A stretch of 64,000 bases of DNA, from NCBI GenBank assembly GCA_964016885.1, contig OZ024756.1, forward strand, positions 35,216,001-35,280,000, in the 5' to 3' direction. The stretch is from Eledone cirrhosa. Lineage: Eukaryota. The notes under the pieces are model-generated. The model saw only the letters and a program-made list of their open reading frames with translations. It did not search any database and had not been told where the DNA came from. This document shows positions 39,520 to 52,114 of the stretch, one piece after another. Position numbers and translations under genes: made by a program. The first letter of the stretch is position 1; every line of letters starts with the position of its first letter.

Positions 39520-39735
39520 CCCTTTAGCATTTAAACCGGCCATATCTGGCCAGAATTCTTTCCCCTCTTTCTGTTCATACTGGCTGTAACTAGCCACTCA
39601 TACTGATATTAAGGTATTGTTCTCAAAATGAATATCAAAATCTCATAGATTTGATATCATGTGAGACAATTATGAGGTCAAGGTTTTACTGTGAAAATAT
39701 AATAGTATATATAGGGTAATGTAAATGCTAAAGGG
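39520..39735. mobile_element. piggyBac-like MITE P1
   Basis: TTAA|CCCTTTAGCATTTA...TAAATGCTAAAGGG|TTAA, perfect 14-bp TIR. Confidence 0.88.
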
Positions 39736-40145
39736 TTAATGGAACCAAATTATAGTGTGTGTGTGTGTGTGTGTGTATGAAAGAGAGAGAGATAACCGAT
39801 ATAAAGTTGGTACAATCAATGAAACTACCTGTTCATGAAATTACTCTATAAGTGGCTGAGCATTCCACAGACATGTGCACCCTTAACATAGTTCTCGGGG
39901 AGTTTCTGTGTTACACAATATGTGACAAGGCTAGTTCCTTGAATTACAGTTACACCTACAACTCAGTTTTACTGAGTCAGCAATGCAAAATGATGTATTT
40001 TGCACAAGGGCACAACAGGTTGCCTGCTCCGAGAATTGAACTCGTAACCTTACAGTCCTGAGCCAAACATTCTAACCATTAACATCTACCTTCAGAGTTA
40101 ATGCAGGTAATAATGATGGTGAAATTATAAAATTTTGTCTTTTAG

Positions 40146-40261
40146 AAGAGAAGCGGAAAGGTTTGAAGGAATTGATATGACAGCTGAAGCAGATCCCACT
40201 ACAGATGCTACCAACCCAAACACAACAGACACTGAAGTTATTACACCTCAAAAAAAGAAAT
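40146..40261 (+). CDS. piezo: Piezo loop exon (REAERFEGIDMTAEADPTTDATNPNTTDTEVITPQKKK)
   Basis: Acceptor ttttag|, donor |gttagt; phase 2 to 1 bridges the neighbouring exons. Confidence 0.82.
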
Positions 40262-40290
40262 GTTAGTGACGATGTGTATTGTATCTAAGC

Positions 40291-40690
40291 TGTTTGATGA
40301 AAAGGTGTTTGATGAAAAGGTGTTTGATGAAAAGGTGTTTGATGAAAAGGTGTTTGATGAAAAGGTGTTTGATGAAAAGGTGTTTGATGAAAAGGTGTTT
40401 GATGAAAAGGTGTTTGATGAAAAGGTGTTTGATGAAAAGGTGTTTGATGAAAAGGTGTTTGATGAAAAGGTGTTTGATGAAAAGGTGTTTGATGAAAAGG
40501 TGTTTGATGAAAAGGTGTTTGATGAAAAGGTGTTTGATGAAAAGGTGTTTGATGAAAAGGTGGTTGATGAAAAGGTGGTTGATGAAATGTTGGTTGATGA
40601 AAAGGTGTTTGATGAAATGTTGGTTGAGGTGTTTGATGAAATGCTGTTTGATATTGAGGTGCTTGATGGTGAGGTGTTTGATGAAAAGTC
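40291..40690. repeat. 15-bp minisatellite (GTGTTTGATGAAAAG)
   Basis: Perfect units decaying at the 3' end; fills most of a 513-nt intron. Confidence 0.96.
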
Positions 40691-40774
40691 ATGCTACCAT
40701 CATTGAATAAGGTCTGTTAATTCCACATCTGTTTCCTCATTAATTATATCTGTGTAATTAACTGGTAATTTCAG

Positions 40775-40926
40775 CGTTGAGGAAGAGTGTGGACTTAAAG
40801 TTTCGTGTACTTTGGCAACGTGGAAATGAAATCTGGGACCATGTATCACAGTACCTCTGGAGGTTGACAGAGATCCACATATACAAAGTGGTTGGTTTTA
40901 CCATCATGGTGGTCGCTGCCAAAGAA
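40775..40926 (+). CDS. piezo: Piezo exon (LRKSVDLKF...YLWRLTEIHIYKVVGFTIMVVAAKE)
   Basis: Acceptor tttcag|, donor |gtgagt, phase 1 to 0; WR..E.H..K motif. Confidence 0.94.
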
Positions 40927-41492
40927 GTGAGTATATGTCAACAGCTCTGATGACTTATTTTCAACAACATCATTATCATTTTACACTTGCTTTCCTACTT
41001 GACATGGGTCAGTTATTATTTTGGAAATGTTTGTAATTGGTTTTAATCAATAAAAGCATTCATGCAAAACTTCATGTTATCCTTAATATATATGTGTGTG
41101 TGTGTGTATGTAGTAAAATATTGGTGGATATGAAAAAAGAAAAATGAAATCTGTGCTCAATCTGATATATTTATGTATAAACATAAATAATACAATATAA
41201 TACAATACGATGATGATGATCATCATTTAACATCCATTTTTTCCATGCTTGCAGGAGTTAGACAGGTTGTCTGGCCAGGGTTGGGCATGTGTCACACCTT
41301 GCTCCGGTGAGGACTATAAATTTGGCTGGGTATTTTACAGTTGAATGCCTTTCCTAACACCAACCACATTGACAGTGTGGAACTGGATGGTCCCGTTATC
41401 AGGAGGGACAGGCCAGTTGGCTGTGCCGAACCCGTCTCACAACGGAACCATATTTTCGTAGTCCAACCCATCACACAGTGGTATATATATAT

Positions 41493-41694
41493 ACAAAACA
41501 AAGAAAGTGTGGTAAGGAACCAGGTGGACCATAATGCACCAGAGTATTCGATTCTTAAGGTAGTAGAGTAGGTAATAGGAAAAGAGTCAGGACCCCGACA
41601 GCTGAGCTCTGGCCGTTTCCACAACTAGATCTGAACTGTTCGGATCTAGCTGTTGAAACAGCCGGAGCTCAGCCGTCGGGGTCCTGACTCTTTT

Positions 41695-41699
<5 letters not shown>
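41493..41699. mobile_element. (TA)n-embedded tail plus 125-nt palindrome element (copy 1)
   Basis: 41575-41699 is an imperfect palindrome centred on 41637; homologous inverted copy at 47685-47888. Confidence 0.8.
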
Positions 41700-41738
<39 letters not shown>

Positions 41739-42154
41739 ATCATCGTTTAACGTCTCTTCCACGCTAGCATGGGTTAGATGGGAATTGTCCCATTTGAGGC
41801 AAGATTGGTCGGGTGACCGTGTCTCGCTCGTATAGGGCTATCTGGCAGGTTTTCTATGGCTGGATGTCCTTCCTAACACCAGCCACATTTACAGTGTGGA
41901 CTGGGAACTTTTTACTGTGTTACCTACACGACCACAGCGTGGACTGAGTATTTAAAAAAAATTTTTTTAATGTTTTATGTGTTAAATATTTTTGTAGAAA
42001 AGGTAAAGGAAAGAAGAGTGCTCTGTGTAGTACAGAGCTATTTAATTACATAATAAACAACGCAATATAATTATACATAAAATCTCTATAAACTGTCTTT
42101 AATGAATCTAATTACTTTAACCAATTGTTTTTGTATTTTGTTCTCTAATTGCAG

Positions 42155-42328
42155 ACCACTGCAATCGGTGCAGTTTATGCTATTATTCTGGCACTGTTTC
42201 TACTCTTTGGGAAATGTCGACTCCTGCTTGCCCATATTTTACAATTTTTTACGGCCATAGTGGTGTTAGCTAAAACTCTCTTTCAATTCTCCCTTGTTCG
42301 AGTCTCAAACTGGCAGAAAAACTGCACA
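42155..42328 (+). CDS. piezo: Piezo exon (TTAIGAVYAIILALF...KTLFQFSLVRVSNWQKNCT)
   Basis: Acceptor ttgcag|, donor |gtaagt, phase 0 to 0. Confidence 0.92.
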
Positions 42329-42849
42329 GTAAGTACTCTGTTTTTTCTTTTTCTCACATAGCAACTAATATCAACAGGTGGTAGTGGTGTGGGTGTTGGT
42401 GTTGTTAGTGTTGGTGGGTGGTGGTGTTGGCAGTGTTAGTGTTGGTGGTGCTGTTGGTAGTGGTTGTAGTGCTGGTGGTAGTGATTGTAGTGCTGGTGGT
42501 ACTGTTGGTGGTGGTGATTTTATCAGTCCAGTTTGTTGCTCAGTTTAATATTAGCTCCATATGGCCCTTCCAAGTCTTTATCAGAGTTCAAACTATTGCA
42601 AGTATTTGGACCAAGTTGCTGGTCTGAGGATGACTTTCTTCCCTCTGTGATGGAGGCCCTTAAAAGGGCCATGAGCACTGTCCCCCTACTCCTTTGACAT
42701 AGTCAGTAGTTCCTCTCATTTTCACTATCAAAGACCCCTTTATATTATGTTTTTAACAAAGTACTTGAAATTTTGGACTTATCTCACAGGCACCCATACT
42801 ACTTTTGTGGATTGATCCATAGATCATAGACCCCAGATTGGGAGAACCA

Positions 42850-43352
42850 CAGGCAGTCCCGTTATTAGAAATATGGCAAGGAAAGGGTTAAACTAAGGAC
42901 ATTGACAATTGGAAGCAATGTCTGTCATTAGAAATATGATAATAAAGGGGTTAAACTAAGGACACTGTGGCAGTGTCTGTCATTAGAAATATGGTATAAA
43001 AGGAGTTAAATGAAGGGGTTAAACACTGTGGCAGTGTCTGTCATTAGAAATATGGTAATAAAGGGGTTAAACTAAGGACGCTGTGGCAGTGTCTGTCATT
43101 AGAAATATGGTAAGAAAGGGGTTTAATAACAGACACTGTGGCAGTGTCTGTCATTAGAAATATGGTAAGAAAGGGGTTTAATAACAGACACTGTGGCAGT
43201 GTCTGTCATTAGAAATATGGTATAAAAGGAGTTAAATGAAGGGGTTAAACACTGTGGCAGTGTCTGTCATTAGAAATATGGTAATAAAGGGGTTAAACTA
43301 AGGACGCTGTGGCAGTGTCTGTCATTAGAAATATGGTAACAATGGGGTTAAT
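42850..43352. repeat. ~52-bp minisatellite (ACTGTGGCAGTGTCTGTCATTAGAAATATGG..AAAGGGGTTAAA)
   Basis: About 9 variable units; a solo relative lies at about 43727-43770. Confidence 0.9.
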
Positions 43353-43446
43353 TCAACAAATTTTCACTCAACAGCATGGACATAAAGATGAACAGTTGAA
43401 ATCACTTAAAATGATTTTAATTCAATAAACAATTTATTTTATTTAG

Positions 43447-43563
43447 GATGAATTTTCAAACAGTACAACTATCATGGAGTATCCATTTAATGAAACTGTA
43501 AGCAACAACGTCTGGCTTGGACTGGAAAAAGTCAGCTCTGCTGATTTATCAAATTATTTATCT
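43447..43563 (+). CDS. piezo: Piezo exon (DEFSNSTTIMEYPFNETVSNNVWLGLEKVSSADLSNYLS)
   Basis: Acceptor atttag|, donor |gtgagt, phase 0 to 0; W.G..K motif. Confidence 0.9.
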
Positions 43564-43813
43564 GTGAGTATTGTGTTCTTTATACAACATCTCATGTGTT
43601 TGTATATCGGGTAGGTTCATGTTTGTTATTAGTGTATGTGTGTTTGGTAGATTTCATCTTGCTTCTGGTCTACCTACCTCTGGGTCTCCTACTGGTTGGA
43701 TTTTCTTGTAAAATCTGTCCATCCCTGTGGCACTGTGTCTTTTGTTAGAAATATGGTAATGGAAGGGTTTTACAAAACCATTCCTTATGTTCTTCATTGT
43801 TTGTTTGTTTCAG

Positions 43814-44014
43814 AACTATTTGGCGATACTGCTGATAATTGCCTTCCAGTCGATTGTTCGTTACCACCAATATCAAATTTACATGCACCCAGATGTAATC
43901 AAACCTAAAGATGGGATTATTTTCAATAATATCAGCCGAAAGGATGCTGACATAGGAATTGTCAGTTCCCTCAAGTTTTTTGCTAATTTCTTCTTTTACA
44001 AATTTGGACTTGAG
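43814..44014 (+). CDS. piezo: Piezo exon (NYLAILLIIAFQSIVRYHQ...KFFANFFFYKFGLE)
   Basis: Acceptor tttcag|, donor |gtaagt; NFFFYKFGLE Piezo signature. Confidence 0.97.
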
Positions 44015-44974
44015 GTAAGTCTAGTGCATGCTCCTCACTTGTTAATATCCTGATAATTTTGTTGGTTTTCATTGTTTAGTCAAGGAAAAAATGGTTCATG
44101 CCTAGGACCTTTTTCAGCCCTCTCCCTTCCTCTGGACTGGTGGGAGGGAGAGAGGTATCTGGAAATAAACGAGTTGGCATGAATGTTTGTAACAATGGAT
44201 CCCTTTTCATTGTCATATTAATTTAGTTTTTATTGTATAACCAAGGGAGAAAGGAGTCATGTCCAGGACCTTTTTTGAATCCACTTTGAGATTTTAATAT
44301 TATTTATTTTGTGAACAATACCTTAACATAAGTATGAGCAGCTGGTTACGGCCGGTTTGAATAGAAAGAGGTGAGAATTCTGGCTGGATATGGCTGGTTT
44401 AAATGCTAAAGGGTTAATTCATCTCATGAATGGACTGACACACACACTTTTATATATATAGATAAACCAGAAACCTGTATAAACAAGTTCTATTTTATTG
44501 TAGCGCTTTATTTTTTTAATACAATTGTGAGATTTTCTTGTCCAAAATGTCAACTGACACCCCACCAAACCTCAACCCACATTATACCACCCTGGGGAGT
44601 CCTTTTGATTTCTATTTGGTTTGATATCAACCACTTTATGGATCTTGGACTATTTGATGGAAGTGGTCACTTTATTTTTTCATACAATTGTGAGATTTTC
44701 TTGCCCAAAAATTCAATCGACCCTCACCCACCAAACCCAACCCAACCCCACATCATACTGCCCCTGGTAGTACTTTTGATCTCTGTTGATCATGGTCAAT
44801 GTATCGACCACTTAATGGATATTGGACTATTTGATGGAGGTGGTCACTTTATTTTTTCTTCATTAAGAATATATACTCTTTTACTCTTTTACTTGTTTCA
44901 GCGACCTGGCTGAGGCCATGCTGGGGCACCGCCCTTGAAAAAGTATATATATATAAAATGTGTTTGTATATAAA

Positions 44975-45505
44975 GGATCGATTGACTTTCGTCAAATTGG
45001 ACCGAGGAAACAATGTTTTTGTTGGTCTTTCCAGTTGCTAATACTATCTATCGGTCGCAACTCCAGGTAGAAGGAGCAACGTGAAATAAAATGTCTTGCT
45101 CAAGGACATAACGCATCGGCCGGTCCAGGAATCGAACTCACAACCTCAAGATTGTGAATCCAATTCTCTAACCACTCAGCCACACGCCTTCACTGATTTA
45201 GCAGAAAATATCTAAAAACAAGCTTGTTAGTTTATATGTATATAGTATCATTGCTATTAGGCAGATTATTGTGAAAATTTATTACTATTGTGAAGGTGCA
45301 GGGCTGAGTAATTAGGGATTTGGATTCGCATTGTGAGGTTATTTTGATTCCCAGACCGGGCAATGTGTTATGCCCTTGAGCAAGACACTTTATTTCACGT
45401 TGCTCCTTCTACCTGGAGTTGTGACCGATGGATAGTATTAGCAACTGGAAAGACCAATGAAAACATTGTTTCCTTGGTCTGATTTGACGAAAGTCGTTCG
45501 TTCCT
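44975..45505. mobile_element. Head-to-head inverted pair of family B SINEs
   Basis: 44975-45194 (-) and 45290-45505 (+) are reverse complements. Confidence 0.88.
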
Positions 45506-45571
45506 TTTTTTTTTTTGGTATATAAAAAGTATATGTATAAAATGTGTTTGTTTTTATTTTGTCTCTGTCAG

Positions 45572-45773
45572 ATCTGCTACATCACCTCTGCCATCACTAT
45601 CAGTGTTAGAGTGGATGCCTACTCTATTCTCTACGGCTTCTTTCTGGGAGTATTACTGATAATGAGTCGACGTAACAACGCCAGAGTTTGGCCAATTTAT
45701 TGCCTCATTCTCACCATTTCACTTCCACTCCAGTATATGTCTACAGTCGGGTTTCCTTTGGGACTCTGCACTG
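45572..45773 (+). CDS. piezo: Piezo exon (ICYITSAITISVRVDAYS...RVWPIYC...LQYMSTVGFPLGLCT)
   Basis: Acceptor tgtcag|, donor |gtaaat, phase 0 to 1; WP.YC and QY...G.P..LC motifs. Confidence 0.95.
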
Positions 45774-45904
45774 GTAAATCCCTCTTTCTAGCTTCATCAT
45801 TTATATATATATATACACACACACAGACACACACACACATACATATATATATATCATCATCATCATCATAATCGTTTACCGTCCATCTTCCACGCTAACA
45901 TGGG

Positions 45905-46274
45905 TTATATATACATACACACACACACATATATACACACATATGTATATATATTATCATCACACACTGACATGTGTGTGTGTGTATGTATATATGTGTG
46001 TATATGTATATATATATGAGTGTATATGTATGTGTGTATATGTATATATATGTATGTATATGTGTATATGTATGTGTGTATATGTATATATATGTATGTA
46101 TATGTGTATATGTATATATGTATATGTATATATGTGTGTATGTATATGTATATATGTGTGTATGTATATGTATATATGTGTATATGTATATATGTGTATG
46201 TATATGTATATATATGTGTATATGTGTATATGTATATGTATATATATGTGTGTATGTATATATATGTGTGTATG

Positions 46275-46305
<31 letters not shown>

Positions 46306-46606
46306 GTATATATATGTGTATGTATATGTATATATGTATGTGTGTATGTATATGTATGTATATATATGTATATGTATATATGTATGTATGTGTATATATG
46401 TATGTATATGTATGTATGTGTATATATGTATGTGTATATATGTATGTATATGTATGTATGTGTATATATGTATGTATATGTATATATGTATGTATATGTA
46501 TGTATGTGTATATATGTATGTATGTGTATGTATGTGTATGTATGTATGTGTATATATGTATATGTATATATGTATGTGTATATATGTATATGTATGTATG
46601 TATATG

Positions 46607-46668
<62 letters not shown>

Positions 46669-46780
46669 TGTATGTATGTATGTATGTATGTATGTATGTA
46701 TGTGTATATATGTATATATGTGTGTGTGTGTGTGTGTGTGGTGTGTGTATATATATACACACACACACACATATATATAT
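45905..46780. repeat. Compound (TA)/(TG)/(TATG) microsatellite
   Basis: Low complexity; source of spurious ORFs. Confidence 0.97.
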
Positions 46781-47164
46781 TAGGTAGTAACGTGCTTATG
46801 CCGTATTTGAAAAAATAGAATTACTGTTAGTTGGGATTTAAAAAAAAACCCCTCTGAATGAGAAAAAGGATGAGTATTGATGTACATGGGACACAAACCG
46901 ATATCTTTGGTTTGCCAGACCACTGCATTACCATTACACTAACAAACTACCCATTCAGAGGGTTTTTTAACATCTCAACTAACAGACTAATTCTATTTAG
47001 TCAAATAATGCTTAAGCTCATCTTACTGCCTAATTTTCAAATTTGTTAGCCGTTTCTAAATAAATATATAACCATTCTATACAACTTCCACATCTATATA
47101 ATGTATATATTACCATTCTTCCCAACATCTAGCTATATTACTTACTATATATTTGTTTTGGCAG

Positions 47165-47257
47165 AATATCCCTGGAAAGACGTGTTGGAACCAGCCCTAC
47201 AGTATTGGCTCTACCTCCCAAGTTACCTGTATCCTCCACCTGCCATGATACTTATAG
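47165..47257 (+). CDS. piezo: Piezo exon (EYPWKDVLEPALQYWLYLPSYLYPPPAMILI)
   Basis: Acceptor tggcag|, donor |gtaaac, phase 1 to 1; YPW and WLYLP motifs. Confidence 0.95.
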
Positions 47258-47281
47258 GTAAACACTTTCTTGATCTTCGAT

Positions 47282-47316
<35 letters not shown>

Positions 47317-47684
47317 GTGTGAAAAGTAAACAATACATTTCAATAAAGAAATATATTTGTTTAACACTTGATATAGTAGGAAAATAGTCTTATTGTTTCG
47401 GACACTAGTCCTTCATCAGAAGATAGAATGAGAAGTAAAAGAAGAAATAGAAAGATAGAGACTGAAGTGGAAGAAATGGGAAACATTTTTTTTTGAGAAA
47501 AAGCATGTGTATATGTTCAGTCAGCCATTTTGGGAGACCCTGCATGGACACACTAGAAGAGGGAGACCGAGGTTGACACTGGTCTCTTGGAGATGCAGGA
47601 CATAGCAGCAATGATGAGGGACAGAGACCGCTGGAGAAAACTCATCCATGGATCTGGGGAATTTTACCCGCCCTAGATATATAT

Positions 47685-47888
47685 ATAGGAAAAGAGTCAT
47701 GACCCCGACGGCTGAGCTCCAGCCGTCTTGACAGCTATTTCTGAACTGTTCAGGAATAGCTGCTGAAACAGCCAGAGCTCAGCCGTCGGGGGGTCATGAC
47801 TCTTTTCCTATTAACCACTCTACTACCCATAGTATCGAGTACTCTGGTGTGTAATGGTCCAACTGGTTCCTTGCCACACTTGCTTCAT
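47685..47888. mobile_element. (TA)n-embedded palindrome plus tail element (copy 2, inverted)
   Basis: Palindrome 47685-47811; tail GTATCGAGTACTCTGGTG..GGTCCA.CTGG also found alone at about 39445-39497. Confidence 0.8.
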
Positions 47889-47981
47889 TATATATATATA
47901 TATTTGTGTTTAATTATCCATTAATATGTGTATATATAGCGTATATATATCGCATCTGATACAGTATTTTTTCTTTTCCAG

Positions 47982-48144
47982 CGGACTTTTTCCAGTTGCT
48001 CTTTGTATGTCTGCAGTGGAAGGTCTTTGATGTGGAGCTGGGAAGTCAATGTTCTGAATATGGCGGTGGTGACAACAAAGACATTTTAGAAGATGTTGAA
48101 GCTTCTCGCCCGATACCAGTTGCTGATTTCACCACTACAATGGC
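47982..48144 (+). CDS. piezo: Piezo exon (ADFFQLLFVCLQWKVFDVE...PIPVADFTTTM)
   Basis: Acceptor ttccag|, donor |gtaagt, phase 1 to 2; DF..L....QW.VF..E motif. Confidence 0.95.
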
Positions 48145-48769
48145 GTAAGTGAAACATTTAAAAGGATATTGAACCCCTTCCATTAAATATTCACGTTAGT
48201 CTATTGATGGCAGAAGTTTTAAAGATATTTTTTAAAATGTTTTATATTTAAAAATAATTTAACCTTTTATAAATAAATTTACACCTTTTCTTTACTAGAT
48301 TTCTGATAAGATATATTACCTGTTATTTTGAATTAATTTGAAAAATGGTAAAAAAAATGTGGTGGACTTTAGTAATAAAATTTTCTTATTATGAAGTTGA
48401 TATTTAGAACATAACTTAACAATAGTTCTTACATAAATTTTCGAAGGAAGGTTTAAATTTAAACATGAATATTTTAAAATAAATTGTTTTTCAAAATAGA
48501 ATCAGGGGTTGATTTAAGTGGGTTGGTATCAGAAGGGCTAAATTATAGGTATAAAGGTTAATAAAGACAGTAGTTAGTATAGTTTACAGGTTACACTGTT
48601 GGACCCATAAAGCCATCAGATCAATAGTTATCTAAATACAGGTGTGATATGTTTGTATTGTGGGAGATTGAAAATATGACCTATGACTGTATCACATTTT
48701 CAACTTCCTTCAGTACAGGCATATATATTGTTTTTATCTCTCTTTTAAGCATTTATATTTGTGTTTAAC

Positions 48770-49610
48770 AACATATTTGTAATGTTCTTCTGAACGAATT
48801 GCGAACAATTTAGAATGTTATTTAAGTATTTGTAATGTTGTTTATATATATATTTAAAACATATTTGCAATATTATTTATATATATATTTAAAACATTTC
48901 TAAAGTTATTTATATATATATATTTAAAACATATTTGCAATATTATTTATATATATATATATATATATATTTAAAACATTTGTAATGTTATTTATATATA
49001 TATATTTAAAACATATTTGCAATGTTATTTATATATATATATATATATATATTTAAAACATTTGTAATGTTATTTATATATATATATTTAAAACATATTT
49101 GTAATATTATTTATGTATATATTTAAAACATATTTGTAATATTATTTATATATATATATTTAAAACATATTTTTGTTATTTATATATATATTTAAAACAT
49201 TTTTATGTTTATATATATATTTAAAATACATTTGTAATGTTATTTATATATATATTTAAAACATTTGCAATGTTATTTATATATATATATATAAAACATA
49301 TTTGCAATGTTGTTTATATATATATATATAAAACATATTTGCAATGTTGTTTATATATATATATTTAAAACATTTGTAATGTTATTTATATATATATATT
49401 TAAAACATTTGTAATGTTATTTATATATATATATTTAAAACGTATTTGTAATGTTATTTATATATATATTTAAAACATATTTGTAATATTATTTATATAT
49501 ATATTTAAAACATTTGCAATGTTATTTATATATATATATATATTTAAAACATATTTGTAATGTTATTTATATATATATATAAAACATATTTGTAATGTTA
49601 TTTATACAAC
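48770..49610. repeat. AT-rich ~35-bp minisatellite with variable (TA)n (AAAACATATTTGTAATGTTATT(TA)nTTT)
   Basis: Tandem periodicity. Confidence 0.93.
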
Positions 49611-50658
49611 TGTGAATAAAACATTGACTGTATTAATTCAAGAGTGGATTATTATCCATCAGAAAGACTGGTATTTAAGTGTGTGTGAATAATTATTCCT
49701 CAAATAAGAAATACTTTTTAAAAGATCTGATGGAAATACATTAACTTAAAAGAAAATAGGTGTAAATTGTCAGGGAACAGGTTTATATATGCATAACCAA
49801 CCAAAGAAATCCTGATTATTATACATTTTTTTTCAGTTGAAATGACAAGGTCTCCTGCTTAAAAAACACATCACTAATAAATATATATATTAATCAAAAA
49901 TACTTATGAATATCTTAACTAATTATATATTTAATTTTCATTAATATATATAAATCAATTAAAAATACTAATGAATACGCCAACTAATTATATATTTGTT
50001 TATGAATTATCAGCTTCGCCATTGCACATATTCCGTTGCCTTCAAGAACTTTTTGTTGCTGCTCTTCTTCATTTTCTTTCTATTTTTTTGTTCTTAAAAT
50101 CTTTTTAAAAACAGAAACAGAAAAACTCCCCAACTACGAGTTGCTTTTTAACATTAGCATTTGTTAATTCTTTCGTTACCCTATTTCTAATGGAAGATGC
50201 TGTCTATCATTTCGAAATAGTTTTGAAAATAATCAAGAGTTTAGCAAGATATAGTAATATAACTAGCTTTTTCATTATTTAATTGATGTTTGGAATATAA
50301 TTTAACAAAGGTTCTTACATGAAATTATGATGGAAGGTTTTTTTTTTTTTAGAGAAATATAAACAATTCTAAAACGGCTTTGTATTGTACAACTGATTTC
50401 AGTTGATTTGTAATCTAAAGGGTTAATCCTATAAATTGTGACCTATAAATCTGAGGGGAAGAAGTTTTTGGTGAACTGATTCTGTGATAAGGTGGATCTG
50501 CTTTAGTTCACATATTTCTGTTCTGAAATGTATGAACATTATTTCTAAATCTCTCGCTGTCTGAGCTTATTTAAGTTAAAAAACTACATCAGTTAAAGTC
50601 TGTCCCAAGCCTATATACTCATCAGATTGAAGCTTATCCCAGTTTCAGGTGAAATTAA

Positions 50659-50859
50659 CCTTTTACCATTTACATTACTCTATATATACTATCGTATTTT
50701 GGTTAGTTATCTGACAGGATATTGAATCTATGAGATTTTAATATTATTTATTTTGAGAACAATACCTTAACATCAGTATGAGTGGCCAGTTACAGCTGGT
50801 TTGAACAGAAAGAATTGAGAGAATTCTGGCCGGATATGGCCAGTTTAAATACTAAAGGG
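50659..50859. mobile_element. piggyBac-like MITE P1
   Basis: TTAA flanks, degenerate TIR and P1 body. Confidence 0.75.
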
Positions 50860-52114
50860 TTAAGTACTGTGAGTACGCAACTAATTTCTTCAGATACTAG
50901 CCACTAATATATCATCCCTGATTATAATATTGAGGTAATAACTTAGCTACTATTTCTTGTGAAACATCTGAAGTGATACATTGGTGTAGTGGTAATGAGT
51001 ATTTCAAGGAAAACACCATTTATCAAAGCCAATAATTTGATGTGGAATAATCAACATTTAATATAGACTTTAAATATGCAGTAAGAGCCAAACAATTGCC
51101 ATCTTAAAGGCTTACTATAAATAACAGTTACATAGAAGGAAGAACAGTAATAAAGATGTGTAAGCTCATATCAAGGTTTATATGGAGCAGTCTGTTGTAT
51201 TTTTGGTTTTTCAAGAAAATATTGTATATGTAATGTATTGTAATTCCGATACTGTGTTTTTGTTGTTGTGTGTTTTTATTTTGTTAATAATTTTGAATAT
51301 TTATAAAAAAGATAACTTTGGACTGAATCCATTATCAGGGAGCTGTAAATCACATTTGAAATTGGCCTAATTAAGATAGATTACTCTAAGAAGGCTCTTT
51401 TACAGGCTGGTTTGCTATAGATCTTTACAGCCAGTATAGCCATAAATATGTAGAAACATTCCTATAAAAATAACAGCCCTTTGATGGTCTTAGAATTGCA
51501 ACTATTTTCTTTCACAGAAGTCAGGTTACTGTTGATAAATATATTATAACAAAACTTTCTGCTTTTGAAACACAAGTTTGTGTCTTCCTGCAGCTTCTAT
51601 TCTTCTTAGGCAAGGTTTTTAACTCTACTTGCTAAATGTTTCAATTTACTGTGTGATTTGTGCTGAAAATGCTTCTCTCATGTATTCAATTATTCTTATT
51701 TATTTTTCTGTTTGGTTAGTTAGATTGTTACTTCTTTATATATAGTACTTAACACTATTTGCTATAAAGTAGTTTCTTGTCTTTCCTATTTACTATGTGA
51801 TATTAAGTAGCTTCTTTATCTTTAGTACTTACTAAAAGTTGATAGAGAATAGTTTGTTTTATATTTAGTACTTACTACTAGTTAATATAAAGTAGTTTTA
51901 TATATTTAGTACTTACTATTAGTTCATATAAAGTAGTGCTGTATATCTAGTACTCATCACTAGTTAATAGAGTAGTTCTGTATATTTAGTGCTTGTTACT
52001 AGTTAATATAAAGTAGTTCTGTATATTTAGTACATATTACTAGTTAATATAGAGTAGTTTCTTCTTTTTATAACATTTTAAGTAGTTACTGTCTTCATTA
52101 TAAAGCACTATAGG

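Noticed and set aside
40260-40706. (VFDEK)n ORF as an extension of the Piezo exon
   Set aside because: It is not in the Piezo frame, and splicing 40261 to 40775 restores the conserved protein.
42368-42520. Poly-Val transmembrane-like ORF
   Set aside because: Degenerate (GGT/GTT)n trinucleotide tract in an intron.
45895-46818. His/Tyr/Ile- and Cys/Val/Met-rich ORFs
   Set aside because: TA/TG microsatellite translations; the same applies at 11007-11582 and 62623-63112.
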